Made by a program: the position numbers and the translations under genes. 64,000 nucleotides of DNA from a virus (lineage: Duplodnaviria > Caudoviricetes): the IMG/VR virus record IMGVR_UViG_3300005937_000001, positions 23,425 through 87,424 of that record; one strand, written 5' to 3'. The notes beneath the pieces were generated by a model. It worked only from the letters and a program-made list of their open reading frames with translations. It did not search any database and was not told the DNA's origin. Below are positions 61,844-64,000 of the stretch, in pieces. Each line of letters starts with the position of its first letter. Within the stretch, counting starts at the first letter, position 1.

Positions 61844-63951
61844 TCATCACACGCGACATGGAGACCCGCAGCACCGTCGACCTCGAAGAGGTTGGCGTCT
61901 ATCTCTACGCCACGCATCCGACCACCGAGGTGCTAACTTACTGCTATTGCGTCGACGATGGACCGGTGCAGGTCTGGCACCCTGGCGTGGAGCCGGTGCC
62001 CAAGGTGTTCTTCAAGGCGACGAAGTGGGTCGCGCACTTCGCGCAGTTTGAGACCCAGATCGAGCAGCACATTCTCACGCCGCGCTACGGCTTTCCCGAA
62101 GTGAAGATGGAGCAACAAGTCTGCACCATGGCGCAGGCGAACGCGGTGGCACTCCCTGGCAAGCTGGAGAAGGTGGCTAAGGCAATCAACAGCGAACACC
62201 AAAAAGACGAGGCCGGCGCGCGGCTGATGATGCAAATGGCCAAGCCGCGCAAGCCGAAGAAGGGCGAGGACCCCAACGGCATCTACTACGTCGACACCCC
62301 CGAGAAGCGCGCGCAGCTCGATGAATACTGCAAAATGGACGTCGCCGCGACGCGTGAAATCTATCAGTCGCTGCCCGATCTCACGGAACAGGAGCAGCAG
62401 ATTTGGCTGCTCAGCGAAAGCGTCAATGACCACGGATTTCATCTCGACCGCAACCTAGCAAAAGCCGCGGCCAAGATCGCCGAGGAGATGAAGCCGCGCA
62501 TCAACGACGAGCTGACCAAGATTACCAACGGCATCATCACGGCGTTCACACAGGTACCGCGCATCACCAAGTGGGTTCGGCAGCACGTCCCCGAGATTAA
62601 GTCGCTCAACAAGGAAAAGCTCGGCGAACTGCTCGATGGTGATCTCCCAGACCACGTGCGCCGCGTGCTTGAGCTGCGCCTGTTAGGGGCGCAGGCGGCC
62701 GTCGCTAAGGTCGGCGCCTTGCTGCAGCGTCGCTCTCCCGACGGCCGCGTGCGCGGATCATTCGTCTATCATGCCGCCGGCACTGGTCGCTGGTCGAGCC
62801 GTGGCGCCCAGGTGCATAACCTCAAGCGCCCGCTGACCAAGGAGCTGCAGAAGGCAATCGAGGTCATCGGCAGCGGCGACACCGATCTTGCCCAGCGCAC
62901 CTATAACAACCCGCTCAGCGTCATCGGCGATTTGATCCGCAGCATGGTCATCGCCGCGCCTGGTCATGTGCTGATCGGCGGCGACTTCAGCGGCATCGAG
63001 GCACGCGTGACGGCCTGGATTGCCAAAGAAGAGAGCAAGCTTGAGGTCTTCCGCAAGTACGACGCCGGCCTGGGGCCCGATCCTTACATCGTCGCGGCCA
63101 GCACCATCTTTGGCATGCCTACGAACCAGATCGGCGAGGAATCGCCGCAGCGACAGGTCGGCAAGGGCGCTGAGCTGGCGTTCGGTTTCCAGGGTGGTGT
63201 GAATGCCTACAAGCGCTTCCTGCCAGGCACCAGCAACATCAAGTCGGACACGCAAGTACAGGCGGTCTGGCAGGCAGAACACAACACGCGCAGCGGCAGC
63301 GAAGCTGCAGCGGTAGCCGCGGCGGTGGCGGCCAACGTCAACATCAACTTCACCGATGAAGAGATCGAGGAGATCAAGGTTAAGTGGCGCGCTGCGCACC
63401 CGCGCATCTGCTCGCTCTGGCACAATCTCAAGAACGCGATCGAGTACGCGGTGGACCGCAAATACACCGAGGACGATCCAGCAGTCGTGCGCGATCGCAT
63501 TCGCATCTGGTTCGAGGGTGGCTTCATGTGGATCGAGCTGCCAGGCGGGCGTCGCCTCGCATACCCGCATGCGCGCTATGGCCGCTCCATGCCGATGGGG
63601 AAGAAGTCCAAGTTCGTGACGTTCGGCACCAAGTGGGGGCCGGAGGGCGTCGTGTTCAAGGACAACGCATCGGGCGCCTGGAACGACACCCGCATGTACG
63701 GTGGCCTGGCCACCGAGAACATTGTGCAGGCGATCGCACGCGACTTGCTGGCCGAGGCTATGCTGCGCGCCAAAGCCGCGGGCTTCGAGATCGTCGCTCA
63801 CGTGCATGATGAGATCGTGATCGAGGTGCCGGAGAGACAGGCGGAGTTTGCCAAGGCACGCTTCGTCAAGCTGATGTCGCAGTCGCCAACATGGGCTGAT
63901 GGCCTGCCGATCAAGGTCAAGGCCTGGATCAACAAGCGATACATGAAATGA
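61840..63951 (+). CDS. polA: Phage family A DNA polymerase with 3'-5' exonuclease
   Basis: D.ETRS (exo I), AH.A.FE, YC..DV, GTGRWSS, DFSGIEAR (motif A), RQVGK..ELA.GF.GG (motif B), HVHDEI (motif C). Confidence 0.92.
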   Translation: MIITRDMETRSTVDLEEVGVYLYATHPTTEVLTYCYCVDDGPVQVWHPGVEPVPKVFFKATKWVAHFAQFETQIEQHILTPRYGFPEVKMEQQVCTMAQANAVALPGKLEKVAKAINSEHQKDEAGARLMMQMAKPRKPKKGEDPNGIYYVDTPEKRAQLDEYCKMDVAATREIYQSLPDLTEQEQQIWLLSESVNDHGFHLDRNLAKAAAKIAEEMKPRINDELTKITNGIITAFTQVPRITKWVRQHVPEIKSLNKEKLGELLDGDLPDHVRRVLELRLLGAQAAVAKVGALLQRRSPDGRVRGSFVYHAAGTGRWSSRGAQVHNLKRPLTKELQKAIEVIGSGDTDLAQRTYNNPLSVIGDLIRSMVIAAPGHVLIGGDFSGIEARVTAWIAKEESKLEVFRKYDAGLGPDPYIVAASTIFGMPTNQIGEESPQRQVGKGAELAFGFQGGVNAYKRFLPGTSNIKSDTQVQAVWQAEHNTRSGSEAAAVAAAVAANVNINFTDEEIEEIKVKWRAAHPRICSLWHNLKNAIEYAVDRKYTEDDPAVVRDRIRIWFEGGFMWIELPGGRRLAYPHARYGRSMPMGKKSKFVTFGTKWGPEGVVFKDNASGAWNDTRMYGGLATENIVQAIARDLLAEAMLRAKAAGFEIVAHVHDEIVIEVPERQAEFAKARFVKLMSQSPTWADGLPIKVKAWINKRYMK

Positions 63952-64000
63952 CCGACCCGTTCGAGGATTTCGCCGATCGCAATTCGACCGCGTACAATCG
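63948..64000 (+). CDS. 5' fragment of next replication gene
   Basis: ATGA overlap with the polymerase stop; MTDPFEDFADRN... runs off the window. Confidence 0.45.
   Translation, partial: MTDPFEDFADRNSTAYN

Noticed and set aside
61840-63951. Z-genome (DpoZ) polymerase
   Set aside because: No purZ, datZ or mazZ genes in the window, and I cannot assign the clade by eye.
1-64000. Integrated prophage boundaries or lysogeny module
   Set aside because: No integrase, att site, CI or flanking host genes are visible; lifestyle cannot be determined from this window.

Overview
The window is one stretch of a GC-rich (roughly 60-65% by eye) tailed phage genome with a contractile tail and P2-like baseplate nomenclature. 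The host is probably an alphaproteobacterium (Hyphomicrobiales/Bradyrhizobium-like); this is inferred from the style of accessory proteins, not proven. Layout: (1) 1-48122, + strand late operon: head decoration and DUF2184-type capsid, head-tail joining, baseplate (V, W/gp25, J, I), main tail fibre, sheath, two tandem tail tubes, chaperone, tape measure with embedded peptidoglycan-hydrolase-like domains, U/X/D, then a ~19 kb accessory appendage block (FkbM-TPR-glycosyltransferase fusion, eight-gene collagen/Gly-rich fibre array, LamG-like repeat protein) and a lysis cassette, ending at a clear intrinsic terminator. (2) 48119-59731, - strand early/accessory region of small genes, several exported, with a Toprim protein and an SF1 helicase; six genes share the identical start sequence GGAGAACTCAAATG. 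(3) A divergent control region with a long structured leader and two Cro-like genes, then a DNA methyltransferase, resolvase and family A DNA polymerase. No integrase, CI repressor, terminase, portal, rRNA, canonical tRNA or CRISPR array is visible. The most striking observation is in the fibre array (28681-39302). Two domain types appear split between neighbouring genes in a strictly alternating pattern: the large part lies inside one fibre and a short conserved peptide starts a downstream fibre. This suggests a daisy-chained, branched multi-tip adhesin assembled by inter-protein strand complementation (a hypothesis).
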